Below are positions 1-9,550 of a stretch of 64,000 nucleotides of DNA, piece after piece (within the stretch, counting starts at the first letter, position 1; every line of letters starts with the position of its first letter). The notes below the pieces were generated by a model. It searched no databases and was not told the DNA's origin. It worked only from the letters and a program-made list of their open reading frames with translations. The stretch covers positions 322,153 to 386,152 of the forward strand of contig JBPOGH010000002.1 in assembly GCA_051252135.1 (NCBI GenBank). The letters run 5' to 3'. This DNA is from Verrucomicrobiaceae bacterium (GTDB lineage: Bacteria; Verrucomicrobiota; Verrucomicrobiia; Verrucomicrobiales; Akkermansiaceae). Made by a program: the position numbers and the translations under genes.

Positions 1-466
1 CGTAGGTGAGAAATCCGCGGGAGGTCATTTGGTCGTGGAGGAGTCCGGCTTCCCGGAGGACGTAGCTCACGGAGCCGGAGCAATCGTAGCCGCGGTCATT
101 GAGGATGGCGTGTCCGCCTCCGAACTTGTAGGGAAAGCGCTGGAGGTGGTTTCCGGCTGCGACGGCGCGTTTGACTGCCGAGGGTGCGTGGGGTGGGGCG
201 ATGGCCCGGTTGCCGACGAGGCGCACGAGATTCCGCTGGTGATCAGGGAGTGGCGGGTAGGGTTCTGCGGCGGGGACCGATCGAGAACCGGGTTGGGAGG
301 CGTAGAGCGAAACGGGGGAGGCAGGCGGGGTGTAGTTCTTGTATTGCCACGCCATGTTTTCGCGGAGACCGGACCGGGGAGGTCCCCATCTGCTGTCGAC
401 GGCGCACGAGCTCAGGAGGAGAATTGAGCCGAGGAAAATTAAAAAACCTTGAGTAGCGGTCATCAT
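1..466 (-). CDS. NlpC/P60-like peptidoglycan endopeptidase lipoprotein (3' end beyond window edge)
   Basis: Not in ORF track because it is open at the edge. Manual translation from ATG 466 gives lipoprotein signal MMTATQGFLIFLGSILLLSSC, then FPYKFGGGH...GYDCSGSVSYVL catalytic-Cys motif. Confidence 0.8.
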   Translation of the reverse strand, partial: MMTATQGFLIFLGSILLLSSCAVDSRWGPPRSGLRENMAWQYKNYTPPASPVSLYASQPGSRSVPAAEPYPPLPDHQRNLVRLVGNRAIAPPHAPSAVKRAVAAGNHLQRFPYKFGGGHAILNDRGYDCSGSVSYVLREAGLLHDQMTSRGFLTY

Positions 467-620
467 GGTTGCGTGGATTAGTAAAAATTTATCAAGAAAA
501 CCCTAAAATGTAAACATTTTTTAAAATTAAGGGTAAGGCGATAGAAAAGGATATTGAAAAAAGAAGAATCCGTTCGCGTGAATCCGGCGGCTGGTTCATG
601 GTCCGTGCGTAGCACAAGCA

Positions 621-1139
621 ATGGCGACAAAGAATTCGATGAACTGGATAACATTTGCACTCATGACGGTGGCCTTTTGGGGGCTTTATGGTGTGTTCCT
701 TCACAAGGGGGCGATGGGGATGCAGGACCCGGAGTTTGGGCGGTATAAGGCGTTTTTGATTGTGGGAGTGGCTTATTTTTTGGTGGCGGTTTTGGCGCCA
801 TTGGGTCTTTTGAAGATGTCGGGAGCGAGTTTGAGCATGCCTTCGGGTGGATTTTGGTGGGCGTTGATTGCGGGGACGGTGGGTGCCCTGGGTGCGCTGG
901 GGGTGCTGTTGGCTTTTGGGAAGGGCGGTCCTCCGTCGGCGGTGATGTCGATTATTTTTGCGGGTGCTCCGATTGTGAACGCGGTGGTGGCGTTGAGTCT
1001 TCATCCTCCGGATGGGGGGATTGGGGCGTTGCGGTGGCAATTTTTTCTGGGGATTCTTTTGGCGGCGGCCGGGGGGTGTCTGGTGACGATTTACAAGGAC
1101 CCCAAGCCGGTGAAATCGGCGATTGAATCCCAACCTTAA
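621..1139 (+). CDS. Small multi-pass membrane protein, DMT/EamA-like
   Basis: About 5 hydrophobic helices, FWGLYGVFLHKG and GAPIVNA motifs; the start may be ATG 639. Confidence 0.6.
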   Translation: MATKNSMNWITFALMTVAFWGLYGVFLHKGAMGMQDPEFGRYKAFLIVGVAYFLVAVLAPLGLLKMSGASLSMPSGGFWWALIAGTVGALGALGVLLAFGKGGPPSAVMSIIFAGAPIVNAVVALSLHPPDGGIGALRWQFFLGILLAAAGGCLVTIYKDPKPVKSAIESQP

Positions 1140-1992
1140 TCCGGTGGCATTCATTGGTGAGCGTCTTTTACTTCCGGTGGTCCGGGAGTCGAAAATCGGG
1201 GTGTTCCTGGATGGGGGGCAGCTTGGCGAGGTGTTGTTGCCAAAGAACGAGCTGACTCCGGAGGTGCGTGAGGGTGCGGAGGTGGAGGTGTTTCTTTATT
1301 GTGATTCGGAGGATCGTCCGATCGCGACGCGGAAGATTCCGAAGGTGCTGCCGGGGGAGATCGGGGTGTTGCGGGTGATTGAGGCGACGAAGATCGGGGC
1401 GTTTCTGGATTGGGGGTTGCCGAAGGATTTGTTGTTGCCGTTTCGCGAGCAGCGGGGGCGGCCGCAGGCGGAGGATCGGGTGGTGGTGTATGTGGCGCCT
1501 GACGGAACGTCGGACCGGATTATTGCGACCCAGCGGGTGGAGAAGTTTTTGGGCGAGACGGCGCCGCAGTATGAGATCGGCCAGGAGGTGGATCTGATCG
1601 TTCATGCGATCACGGATATGGGATACAAGGTGGTGGTGGACGGGTATCAATCGGGGTTAATTTTTGCGAACGAGGTTTTTCGAAAGATCCGGATCGGGGA
1701 CTGCATGAAGGGGTATGTCAGGGAGGTGAGGGATGACTGGAAAATTGACGTTTCGCTTTCGCTGCCGGGGCAGGCGGGGGTGGATCCGGTGGAGGGGATG
1801 CTTCTTGAGGAGCTGGGGCGGCGTGGTGGATTTTGGGCGATTGATGATTCGACGCCAGCGGCGGATGTTCATCGGGAGTTGGGGGTGAGCAAGAAGGTGT
1901 TTAAGAAGGCGACCGGCTCGTTGTTTAAGGCGCGGAAGATCGTGTTTGAGAATGGGGGGATTCGGTTGGTATCGGGAGGAGGAGCGCGTTAG
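1123..1992 (+). CDS. cvfB: CvfB/YitL-family S1 RNA-binding protein
   Basis: GVFLDGG..EVLLP, VFLYCDSEDRPIAT, GAFLDWGLPKDLLLPFREQ, C-terminal winged helix GVSKKVFKKA. Confidence 0.85.
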   Translation: MNPNLNPVAFIGERLLLPVVRESKIGVFLDGGQLGEVLLPKNELTPEVREGAEVEVFLYCDSEDRPIATRKIPKVLPGEIGVLRVIEATKIGAFLDWGLPKDLLLPFREQRGRPQAEDRVVVYVAPDGTSDRIIATQRVEKFLGETAPQYEIGQEVDLIVHAITDMGYKVVVDGYQSGLIFANEVFRKIRIGDCMKGYVREVRDDWKIDVSLSLPGQAGVDPVEGMLLEELGRRGGFWAIDDSTPAADVHRELGVSKKVFKKATGSLFKARKIVFENGGIRLVSGGGAR

Positions 1993-2003
1993 TTTTCAGG
2001 GGA

Positions 2004-2483
2004 ATGATCACGATCCATCATCTCTTTATTTCGGCGGGGCACGATTTTTTTGGTCGCCATGGCCAGGGGCGGGAGAGGCATGAGATTGTGGATCGCGATG
2101 AGGTGGAGTTGGTGGCGGGGAGGGGGATCACGGGGGATCGGTTTTTTGATTACAAGGAGGATTACAAGGGGCAGATCACCTTTTTTGATTACGCGGTGTA
2201 TGAGGCGGTGAAGCGTGAGTTTGATTTACCGGCTCTTGATCCCGGTGCGTTCCGCCGCAATGCGGTGGTGAGCGGGTTGGATCTCAACTCGCTGATCGGC
2301 ACTACTTTTTCGATCGGGGATCTGGAGTTTGAGGGGACGCAGGAGGCCAAGCCCTGCTATTGGATGGATGAGGCTTGTGCTCCGGGGGTGGAGGAGTTTC
2401 TCAAGGGGCGGGGCGGGTTGCGCTGCCGGATTTTGAAGGGGGGGATGTTGAGGAAAGCTAGTGTTCCGTTTCGATCCGTTTGA
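2004..2483 (+). CDS. MOSC domain protein
   Basis: GITGDRF, FRRNAVVSG, PCYWMD, GRGGLRCRILKGG. Confidence 0.85.
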   Translation: MITIHHLFISAGHDFFGRHGQGRERHEIVDRDEVELVAGRGITGDRFFDYKEDYKGQITFFDYAVYEAVKREFDLPALDPGAFRRNAVVSGLDLNSLIGTTFSIGDLEFEGTQEAKPCYWMDEACAPGVEEFLKGRGGLRCRILKGGMLRKASVPFRSV

Positions 2484-2739
2484 GGAGGTCGTTGATTTCC
2501 CGGCGGACCGCGGAGGTGGAGATTCCGTAAATCTCGCGGAGGAAGGGCTCGATGAGGGGGCCGATCGTGGAGGGTGGTTTGAGGAGGGTCCAGAGTTGCT
2601 GGCTGGCTTTCATGGAGCGGGCTTCCTTATGTGAGGAGAGATCCTGCAGGAGTTTTTGGGTCAGCCGGGCGGACTTTTGGTCGATTCCATGGGCATCCCA
2701 TTCGAGGTCGCGAAGGCGTTTCCAGAGTGGTGAGTTCAT
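2458..2739 (-). CDS. Hypothetical helical protein
   Basis: 93-aa ATG ORF with normal composition, convergent with the MOSC gene. Confidence 0.55.
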   Translation of the reverse strand: MNSPLWKRLRDLEWDAHGIDQKSARLTQKLLQDLSSHKEARSMKASQQLWTLLKPPSTIGPLIEPFLREIYGISTSAVRREINDLLKRIETEH

Positions 2740-2751
2740 CGGTGGCGGATG

Positions 2752-2784
2752 AAAAAAGGCGGACCTGCATGAGGCCCGCCTTTT
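2752..2784 (-). terminator. Intrinsic terminator after pilin-like gene
   Basis: AAAAAAGGCGGACCT-GCATG-AGGCCCGCCTTTT hairpin with T-run on the minus strand. Confidence 0.75.
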
Positions 2785-2813
2785 GAATTTGATTAGTTGG
2801 GAGTCTCTCCGGA

Positions 2814-3527
2814 TTAGAGTCCGGTAGGAGCCTTCACCTCGGGTTGGTCATCGCCCCAAACGGAGTCTTCACCAACGGTGAAGAGGGTGGCGCGTCCTTG
2901 TCCCTTAAGAAGGGCTTTTCCGCTGCCGTCCTTCGAGAGCTTGCCGGTAGCAACGGAGTTGTCACCGCGAAGGTAAACATACTCGCCGTTGTAGGCGTTG
3001 TCATCGAACTCGGGGTCAGGTCCGCCGGACTTCAATGGTGCTACCACGAGAGGAGTGGCACTGCGGGTGTAGCTGGCGGAGAGTGCCTCGCTAGGAGCGA
3101 GCATCACGTATCCGAAGCCGTTTTCACCACGCTTGAGTACTTCGTCAGCAGGTCTGATGACGTCATCACCTTCCTTGACGCCGCGGACACCCTTGGCGTA
3201 GAAGATTTTCTCACTGTCAGTGGACTGGCCGATGATGAGTTGGGCGAAGTAGGCGTTGGCGTCGTCGCCATCAGGAACTTCGGCACCTTCATCTTCGAGG
3301 GCGCGACGGGTATCCTCGGAAGGATAGCTGTCGTAGCTACTATCGAAGTCGTTCAGGGCAATGCCGATTTGCTTGGCATTGTTGATCGTCTTCGCCTTGT
3401 CAGCGTTTTTCTTCGCTTTAAGGATCGCCGGGGTCGCGAGTCCAGCAAGGACGGCGATGATGGCGATCACAACGAGCAGTTCCACGAGGGTGAAACCACT
3501 GCGCATCTGTTTTTTAGTCAGTTTCAT
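2814..3527 (-). CDS. Type IV pilin/T2SS pseudopilin-like protein
   Basis: Class III signal RSG|FTLVELLVVIAIIAVLAGLA followed by NAKQIGIAL. Confidence 0.9.
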   Translation of the reverse strand: MKLTKKQMRSGFTLVELLVVIAIIAVLAGLATPAILKAKKNADKAKTINNAKQIGIALNDFDSSYDSYPSEDTRRALEDEGAEVPDGDDANAYFAQLIIGQSTDSEKIFYAKGVRGVKEGDDVIRPADEVLKRGENGFGYVMLAPSEALSASYTRSATPLVVAPLKSGGPDPEFDDNAYNGEYVYLRGDNSVATGKLSKDGSGKALLKGQGRATLFTVGEDSVWGDDQPEVKAPTGL

Positions 3528-3683
3528 TATTCTGTTATGGTGTGGGTCGGATCTGTGGATCCTTCCCGGGTTTTATATGTGAAATGAAAAATATTCATCC
3601 CACCGGGACAAGCTACGCTTGCTGTGAGCTACGGCAAGTCAAAAGGAGGGGGCAGAGGAAGGAAATGTCGCAGGTCCGGAGGC

Positions 3684-4463
3684 TTATTTGCCGAAGGCGG
3701 CCTTGAGGCTGTCCAGGTCTGCCTCACCGGCGCGATCTGCGGCGATGATGGCTTCTTTTTGGAGGGCGACGATTTGTTGGATTCCTTCGCGAGAGAGGTC
3801 GAGCATGGCGGTCATTTCCTCAGAGGTGAAGACGGCTTCCTCGCCGCTGCCCTGGAGTTCGACGAATTCGCCGGACTCGGTCATGACGACGTTGAAATCG
3901 ACCGAGGCGTCGCGATCCTCGGGGTAATTGAGGTCGAGGACGGGCTCGCCCTGGTAGATGCCGGCGCTGACGGCAGCGACGAGCTTTTTAATGGGGAAGT
4001 CTTTGAGTTTGCCTTCGCCCATGAGTTTGTTCAGGGCGATGGCGACGGCGACCATGCCGCCGGTGACGGAGGCGGTGCGGGTGCCTCCGTCGGCCTGGAG
4101 GACATCGCAGTCGACCCAAATGGTGCGTTGGCCGAGCTTCTCGAGATTGACGACGGCGCGGAGGGAGCGACCGATGAGGCGTTGGATTTCCGACGAGCGG
4201 CCATCGAGCTTGCCGCGGGAGATGTCGCGTTGTTTGCGATCGTGGGTGGAGTAGGGGAGCATGGAGTATTCGGCGGTGAGCCAGCCTCCCTTGACGCCCT
4301 GGTATTTCATCCAGCGGGGGACGTTTTCCTCGATGGTGGCGGCGCAGATGACGCGGGTGTTGCCGAAAGAGACGAGGACCGAGCCATTGGCGTGCGGAGC
4401 GACGTTTGGGGTGAAAGAAATGGGGCGGAGATCGGTAGTTGCGCGGCCGTCGGGACGTTCCAT
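3684..4463 (-). CDS. rph: Ribonuclease PH
   Basis: GWLTAEYSMLP, EIQRLIGRSLRA, CDVLQADGGTRTAS; start at MERPDGR. Confidence 0.97.
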   Translation of the reverse strand: MERPDGRATTDLRPISFTPNVAPHANGSVLVSFGNTRVICAATIEENVPRWMKYQGVKGGWLTAEYSMLPYSTHDRKQRDISRGKLDGRSSEIQRLIGRSLRAVVNLEKLGQRTIWVDCDVLQADGGTRTASVTGGMVAVAIALNKLMGEGKLKDFPIKKLVAAVSAGIYQGEPVLDLNYPEDRDASVDFNVVMTESGEFVELQGSGEEAVFTSEEMTAMLDLSREGIQQIVALQKEAIIAADRAGEADLDSLKAAFGK

Positions 4464-4656
4464 GTGCGGGAGGTAGTTTGCGGGGCGCTGCAAAGCAAGG
4501 TGAAGTTGAGGGTGATGATGGGAAGATGGAAATAGTTAGCTTTTCCTAAGGAGATCCTCTGTTTTGGGGGAAAACGCGTTAGGGAGGTCAAGAATGGAGC
4601 GAAATTGCGAAAATAGACTTGCTTGCGGGCTGAAAATCCATAGTTCTTCCCGCCCC

Positions 4657-4926
4657 ATGGCAAGAAAATGCTGGATAGAGCGCAACAAGCGCAAAGCTAA
4701 GACCGTTGCAAAATATGCAGACCTTCGTCACGAGTTGAAGAAGGAGAAGGATTATGTCGGTCTCACAATGCTTCCCCGTGATGCAAGTCCGACCCGTCTC
4801 GTGAACCGTTGCGAAGTGACCGGCCGTCGCCGTGGCTTCCTTCGTCGTTTCCGTCTTTCCCGGATTGCATTCCGCCAGATGGCTTCACACGGGCTGATTC
4901 CCGGAGTGACAAAGTCAAGTTGGTAG
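4657..4926 (+). CDS. rpsN: 30S ribosomal protein S14 (89 aa, lacks the four-Cys Zn ribbon)
   Basis: [19 protein letters not shown]...[11 protein letters not shown]. Confidence 0.97.
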   Translation: MARKCWIERNKRKAKTVAKYADLRHELKKEKDYVGLTMLPRDASPTRLVNRCEVTGRRRGFLRRFRLSRIAFRQMASHGLIPGVTKSSW

Positions 4927-4990
4927 GCTATTGCATGGGGCCGCTCATACCCGAGTGACGTGCCCCGCACGGCCTCATCCGGCTCCACCC

Positions 4991-5251
4991 ATGCCTATCT
5001 ACGAATATCAGTCTGAAAGTCCGGAGGACCCGGATTTATCATGTCGAATTTGCTCGAAGGGTTTCGAGCTTCATCGGCCCATTGATCGGCACGCTTTGGA
5101 GGCGTGCCCTTTGTGTCGGCACCCGGTCCGAAAAGTCATTTCCCGGGTTAATACTCCGCGAGTGAGTAAGCCTTACTCCGATAGCGATGCGAAGCGGGCA
5201 GGGTTTACGGTTCTCGAGAAAAAGGACGAGGGAGTTTACGAAAAGCTCTAG
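4991..5251 (+). CDS. FmdB-family zinc ribbon protein
   Basis: MPIYEY...CRIC...FE...CPLC. Confidence 0.85.
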   Translation: MPIYEYQSESPEDPDLSCRICSKGFELHRPIDRHALEACPLCRHPVRKVISRVNTPRVSKPYSDSDAKRAGFTVLEKKDEGVYEKL

Positions 5252-5260
5252 CCGGCATCC

Positions 5261-6640
5261 ATGAGTGCTTCTCTTTTGTTATCGGCCTCGACCGAAGTGG
5301 CGACGACTTACCCGACCTGGGTTGAGGCCGCGTGGTACATTGCGGGGATCATTTTTTTCCTGCTTCTGAATGCGTTTTTCGTGGCGTCGGAGTTTGCGAT
5401 TGTGAAGGTGCGGCCCAGCCAGATTGAGGGCGAGCTGGAATCGAAGCCCAAGCGGGCGGGGATTTCGAAGTTTGTGGTGAATAATCTGGACGGTTATTTG
5501 TCAGCGAACCAACTGGGGATCACGATTGCGTCGTTGGCGCTGGCGTTTTTAGGGGAGCCCTTCATTGAGAAGCTGGTGGGGCCGACCTTGCTCCAGACGG
5601 GATGGTCGAAGGAGATCATCAAGGCGATTACCTTTGGGGTGGCGATGGCATCGTTCACTTTCCTGCATGTGGTGGTGGGGGAGTTGCTGCCGAAGTCGAT
5701 CGCGATCCGGAAGTCGCTTGCGACGACGCTTGTGATTGCGCGGCCCTTGCACATGTTTTACTGGGTTTTTCGGCCGTTTATTTTTGTGCTCAACGGGACG
5801 GCGAACTGGCTGTTGAAGTCGGTATTTAAAATTGATCCGGTCTCGGAGGGCGAGGCGGTGCATAGTTCGGAGGAGTTGGCCTTGCTGGTGGAGGAGAGTG
5901 AGCGGCAGCAGGAAGTGACTGAGACCGAGCGTGAGATTTTGATCAATGCCCTGGAGCTCAATGACGTGTCGGTGAAGGACGTGATGACGCCGCGCAGTGA
6001 TGTGGTGTTTCTCGATGTTGATCGTGATTTCCAGGAGAATCTGGTTCATGCGATCAAGGCGACGCATACCCGTTTCCCGCTTGTTCGGGGGCATTTGGAT
6101 GAGACTCTGGGTCTGATCCATATCAAGGATGTTCTTAAGTTGGTTAATTCCGAGAATCAGGATTTGATGCTGATTCGCCGGGAGTTGAAGGAGGTTCCGG
6201 AGACGATGAAGCTGGATGACCTGCTGAAATTTTTCCTGACCGAGCGGGTGCATCTGGCATTGGTGGTGGATGAATTTGGCGATCCTGCCGGGTTGGTCTT
6301 CATGGACAATATTATGGCGGAACTGGTGGGTGATATTCACGACGAGTTCGACGACGGTGAGGAGACCGATTTCCTGCGCATCAGCGATGATGAATTTGCG
6401 GTGGAGGGAGCGGTGAGCTTGAATGATCTTTCCGATTATGTGCCGAGTCTCAACATTGAGAGCGGGGAGGTGAGTACGGTGGGGGGCTACATTGTGCAGC
6501 AGCTGGGGCACCTTCCCGATCCGGGTGAAACGGTGGAAGTGGATGGTTATGAGGCGACGGTGACGAGTACGGACGGTCGCCGGATCGAGCAGTTGCGCTT
6601 TGTAAAGCTGCCTGATCCCGAGGGTGATCAGGAGGATTGA
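5261..6640 (+). CDS. CNNM/CorC-HlyC (hemolysin-family) CBS domain membrane protein
   Basis: NAFFVASEFA, QLGITIASL, GELLPKSIA, CBS pair, CorC_HlyC C-terminus. Confidence 0.92.
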   Translation: MSASLLLSASTEVATTYPTWVEAAWYIAGIIFFLLLNAFFVASEFAIVKVRPSQIEGELESKPKRAGISKFVVNNLDGYLSANQLGITIASLALAFLGEPFIEKLVGPTLLQTGWSKEIIKAITFGVAMASFTFLHVVVGELLPKSIAIRKSLATTLVIARPLHMFYWVFRPFIFVLNGTANWLLKSVFKIDPVSEGEAVHSSEELALLVEESERQQEVTETEREILINALELNDVSVKDVMTPRSDVVFLDVDRDFQENLVHAIKATHTRFPLVRGHLDETLGLIHIKDVLKLVNSENQDLMLIRRELKEVPETMKLDDLLKFFLTERVHLALVVDEFGDPAGLVFMDNIMAELVGDIHDEFDDGEETDFLRISDDEFAVEGAVSLNDLSDYVPSLNIESGEVSTVGGYIVQQLGHLPDPGETVEVDGYEATVTSTDGRRIEQLRFVKLPDPEGDQED

Positions 6641-7254
6641 GGGGCTTGGGATTTCCGGTGTTCGCGGAGATGAAGGAGGATGTCTCCGGCGGTCTTTAGG
6701 ATGACCAGGAGGGCGACGAGGATCACCTGATTACCGAGTGCGGCGACTGCCATGCCACCGAAGATGATGGTGAGGTGGAGCACGAAAATCCGCGGGTAGG
6801 GAAGGAACATGACGCGGCTCAGGGGGAGGGTTTTGGCTTCTCCTTTGAGGTGGTAGTTTTGGATGTAGGAGAAGAGGTGGCTGGCGAAGAAGGTGAGGAA
6901 GATCCAGGGGTCGGTGGTGAACGCGGATGTCATGCCGGTGAGCGGCGAGGGGTGGGGGCCCGGGCCGAACAAAGAGCTGAAGACAAAGGTGCCGTGACTG
7001 ATGGTGAAGATGCCGTAGTGGACGGCGAAGAATCCGGAAAGGTAGAGAGCGGCGGGGAGGCGGGTATCCCGGTGCCGGTTCGTGAGGAGTTTGAGAAGGT
7101 TGACGATGCCGACGGCGACGTTCTCAAGCCAGTAGGCGACAAGGATGTCGCGGGCCTCCCAGCCGAAGGCGAGGGCGCCGATGAGGGGGACGAGATTTGC
7201 GGCCACCAGCACGAGGAGTGCCGGTGAGCGGAGGGCGCTTTTTGGGCCCGGCAT
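6628..7254 (-). CDS. DUF6498-like membrane protein
   Basis: AANLVPLIG..FGW, YWLEN, FFAVHYGIF..HG, PYPRIFVLH. Confidence 0.7.
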   Translation of the reverse strand: MPGPKSALRSPALLVLVAANLVPLIGALAFGWEARDILVAYWLENVAVGIVNLLKLLTNRHRDTRLPAALYLSGFFAVHYGIFTISHGTFVFSSLFGPGPHPSPLTGMTSAFTTDPWIFLTFFASHLFSYIQNYHLKGEAKTLPLSRVMFLPYPRIFVLHLTIIFGGMAVAALGNQVILVALLVILKTAGDILLHLREHRKSQAPQSS

Positions 7255-7260
7255 GACAGC

Positions 7261-7776
7261 TTAGTTTTCGTCGGGGACGAATTTCAGAACGGTGCCGTTG
7301 ATGCAGTAGCGTTTGTCGGTGGGGGTGTCGAAGCCCTCCCCGAGGAAGACGTGACCGAGGTGGCCGTTGCAGGTTTTACAAAGGACTTCGGTGCGGGCGT
7401 ATCCCATGTGGTAGTCGACGGATGTTTTGACATTTTCAGCGTCAGCGGGGTCGTAGAAGGAGGGCCAGCCGCAGCGGGAGTCAAATTTTTCCTTGGAGGA
7501 GAAGAGCTTGGTGTCGCATCCGGCGCAGTAGTAGGTGCCGGCGCCCTGATGTTTGAATTCCTTGTAGACTTCGCCATCGGGGGCCTCGGTTCCGGCTTGG
7601 CGGAGGATGCGGTATTGCTCGGGGGTGAGCTTTTCCTTCCATTCGGCGTCGGTGAGTTCGACGGGCTCGGCGGGTTGTTCGGGCGGGTTGGGTTGGGTGC
7701 TCATTTTCTCCTGTTTTTCGGGGGTGCAGTTCGCGAGGACGGGCCAAAGGGCGGCGAGGAGGATGACAGGTCTCAT
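7261..7776 (-). CDS. msrB: Peptide methionine sulfoxide reductase MsrB with lipoprotein-like signal
   Basis: KFDSRCGWPSF, HLGHVF, RYCING, two CxxC; N-terminal LAALWPVLANC. Confidence 0.95.
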   Translation of the reverse strand: MRPVILLAALWPVLANCTPEKQEKMSTQPNPPEQPAEPVELTDAEWKEKLTPEQYRILRQAGTEAPDGEVYKEFKHQGAGTYYCAGCDTKLFSSKEKFDSRCGWPSFYDPADAENVKTSVDYHMGYARTEVLCKTCNGHLGHVFLGEGFDTPTDKRYCINGTVLKFVPDEN

Positions 7777-7835
7777 GGTGGTGGGAGGCTACGCCGGTGA
7801 ACTTGTTCCGTCAAATTTCCTCGGGGGCGCGTGGG

Positions 7836-8312
7836 TTACTGGCCTTTGAGGAATTTGATGATTTTTGAGATGTCGGGGAGTTTTACTTTGCCATCATTTC
7901 CCTGGACGGTGAAGACGACGCGGGAGGTTTTTCCGTGGGCGACGATATTGGCAAGGTAGGTGCCGGGGGCGAGGGGCTTGGGTTGCATGGTGCGGTCCTT
8001 GGTGTCCTTGAGGCTTACTTCGGCGGTGTTTTGGGCGAAGATGATATTGGCGGCCTGGGCGTCGGCGACGGTTCCGTCATCGGCACAGGGGAAGGCGTTG
8101 ATGATGAGGAGCGGGGATTCTTTTTCAATCTTGAGGGGGGCGTCGGCTTTGACGGGCCTGGCGATGACGGCGAAGAGGTCGTCATGTTTGGTGACGGCGG
8201 CGGTTTGATCTCCGATGGTGACCTTGAAGGGGTAGAGGAGGGGGGCTTTTTCGGGTTCCTGGGCGGAGGCGAGGGACGCGAGGGCGAGGAAGAAGAGAAG
8301 CAGTTTTGTCAT
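7836..8312 (-). CDS. Exported hypothetical protein
   Basis: Signal peptide MTKLLLFFLALASLASA|Q, beta-rich mature part. Confidence 0.7.
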   Translation of the reverse strand: MTKLLLFFLALASLASAQEPEKAPLLYPFKVTIGDQTAAVTKHDDLFAVIARPVKADAPLKIEKESPLLIINAFPCADDGTVADAQAANIIFAQNTAEVSLKDTKDRTMQPKPLAPGTYLANIVAHGKTSRVVFTVQGNDGKVKLPDISKIIKFLKGQ

Positions 8313-8353
8313 CGTGTGATGATGGCAGACGGTGGGTTGCGGGGCAAGCTCGC

Positions 8354-9550
8354 TCAGCAGGGGGTCTGAATGGTAAAGGTGGTGGCGCGGCCGGGGGAGG
8401 AGGTGGCGGTGATGGTGCCTCCGTGGGCTTCGACGGCGCGCTTGACGATGGAGAGGCCGAGGCCGGTGCCTTTGATTTGGGACTGGGCGTGGTGTTTCTC
8501 GACGCGGAAGAAGCGCTTGAAGATGAAGGGGAGGTCGTCGTTGGGGATTCCGATGCCATCATCGGAGACGGTGATCTGGAGTTGATTGGGGGCGATTTGT
8601 TTGGCCTCGACGCTGACGGTGACTTGTTGGGAGGTGTTTTGTTTGAGGGCGTTCTCGATGAGGTTGAAGAGGATTTGGGTCCAGTAGAAGCGGTCGCCGG
8701 TGAACGGGATTTCGGGGATTCCGGTGGTGACGGTGGCGTTTTGTTTTTGAATGACGAGGTCGAGGCGTTCGATGACGTCCTGAACGCATTCGTTGAGGGA
8801 GAAGGGTTCTTTTTTGAGGGGTGCGGATTCTCCGGATTCGAGTTGGGAGATGACGAGCATGTCCTCAATGATGCGGTTGATGCGCTCGACATGGCGATCC
8901 ATGGTGCCGAGCATTTTTGAGGCCATGGCGGGATTGTTGAGGCCATCGGGCTCGGTGAGGTGTTCGAGGTAACCGGAGATGATGGAGAGGGGGGTGCGGA
9001 GTTCGTGTGAAGCGTTGGCGACAAAATCCTGACGAATTTGGTCGGTGCGGGTTTCATCGGTGATGTCCCGCATGAAGAGCTGGAGTTCCTGTGAGTCCCG
9101 TTGGATGGAGAAGGGGCGGAAGGAGATTTCCCAGATGGATTGTTGGCCATTGTATCCGGCAGAGAAGGGGGAGCCGGAGGGGAGCCGGATGATGGTGGAG
9201 GTTGTTTGGTTTGATTTTCGGGCGCTCTTGATGGCAGCGGTGAGGGTGTCGTCGATAAAGACCTGGGTGCAGGTGCGATTCAGGATATCCCGGGAGCCGA
9301 AGTAGTTTCTTCCGGCTTGGTTGGCACGGATGATGGTGCCTTTTTGGCTGATGGAAAACAGGGGGTCGGGGAAGGAGTCGAGGAGGCGGCGGGTTTCGCG
9401 TTGCGCTTCTTCGGTTTCGATTTTGAGAGCGTTCTTCTCCAGGGCGCATCGTTCCGTCTGTTCTTGAGCCTGCCTGTTGGCGCGGCGGCGCTCGAGAATG
9501 AGCAGGATGCCCAGAATGAGGGCAAGAGTGAACCAGAGGGATGTCATCAA
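8354..9550 (-). CDS. phoR: PhoR-like PAS sensor histidine kinase
   Basis: DFVANASHELRTPL, NLIENALK, DDGIGI, FKRFFRV, GTGLGLSIVK. Confidence 0.85.
   Translation of the reverse strand: MMTSLWFTLALILGILLILERRRANRQAQEQTERCALEKNALKIETEEAQRETRRLLDSFPDPLFSISQKGTIIRANQAGRNYFGSRDILNRTCTQVFIDDTLTAAIKSARKSNQTTSTIIRLPSGSPFSAGYNGQQSIWEISFRPFSIQRDSQELQLFMRDITDETRTDQIRQDFVANASHELRTPLSIISGYLEHLTEPDGLNNPAMASKMLGTMDRHVERINRIIEDMLVISQLESGESAPLKKEPFSLNECVQDVIERLDLVIQKQNATVTTGIPEIPFTGDRFYWTQILFNLIENALKQNTSQQVTVSVEAKQIAPNQLQITVSDDGIGIPNDDLPFIFKRFFRVEKHHAQSQIKGTGLGLSIVKRAVEAHGGTITATSSPGRATTFTIQTPC

Noticed and set aside
29..456. + strand ORFs 29-427 and 184-456
   Set aside because: Shadows of the minus-strand NlpC/P60 gene that the ORF track missed.
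9315..9324. GCTTGGTTGG inside phoR
   Set aside because: Lies in coding sequence without the G-run or adjacent modules; chance match.
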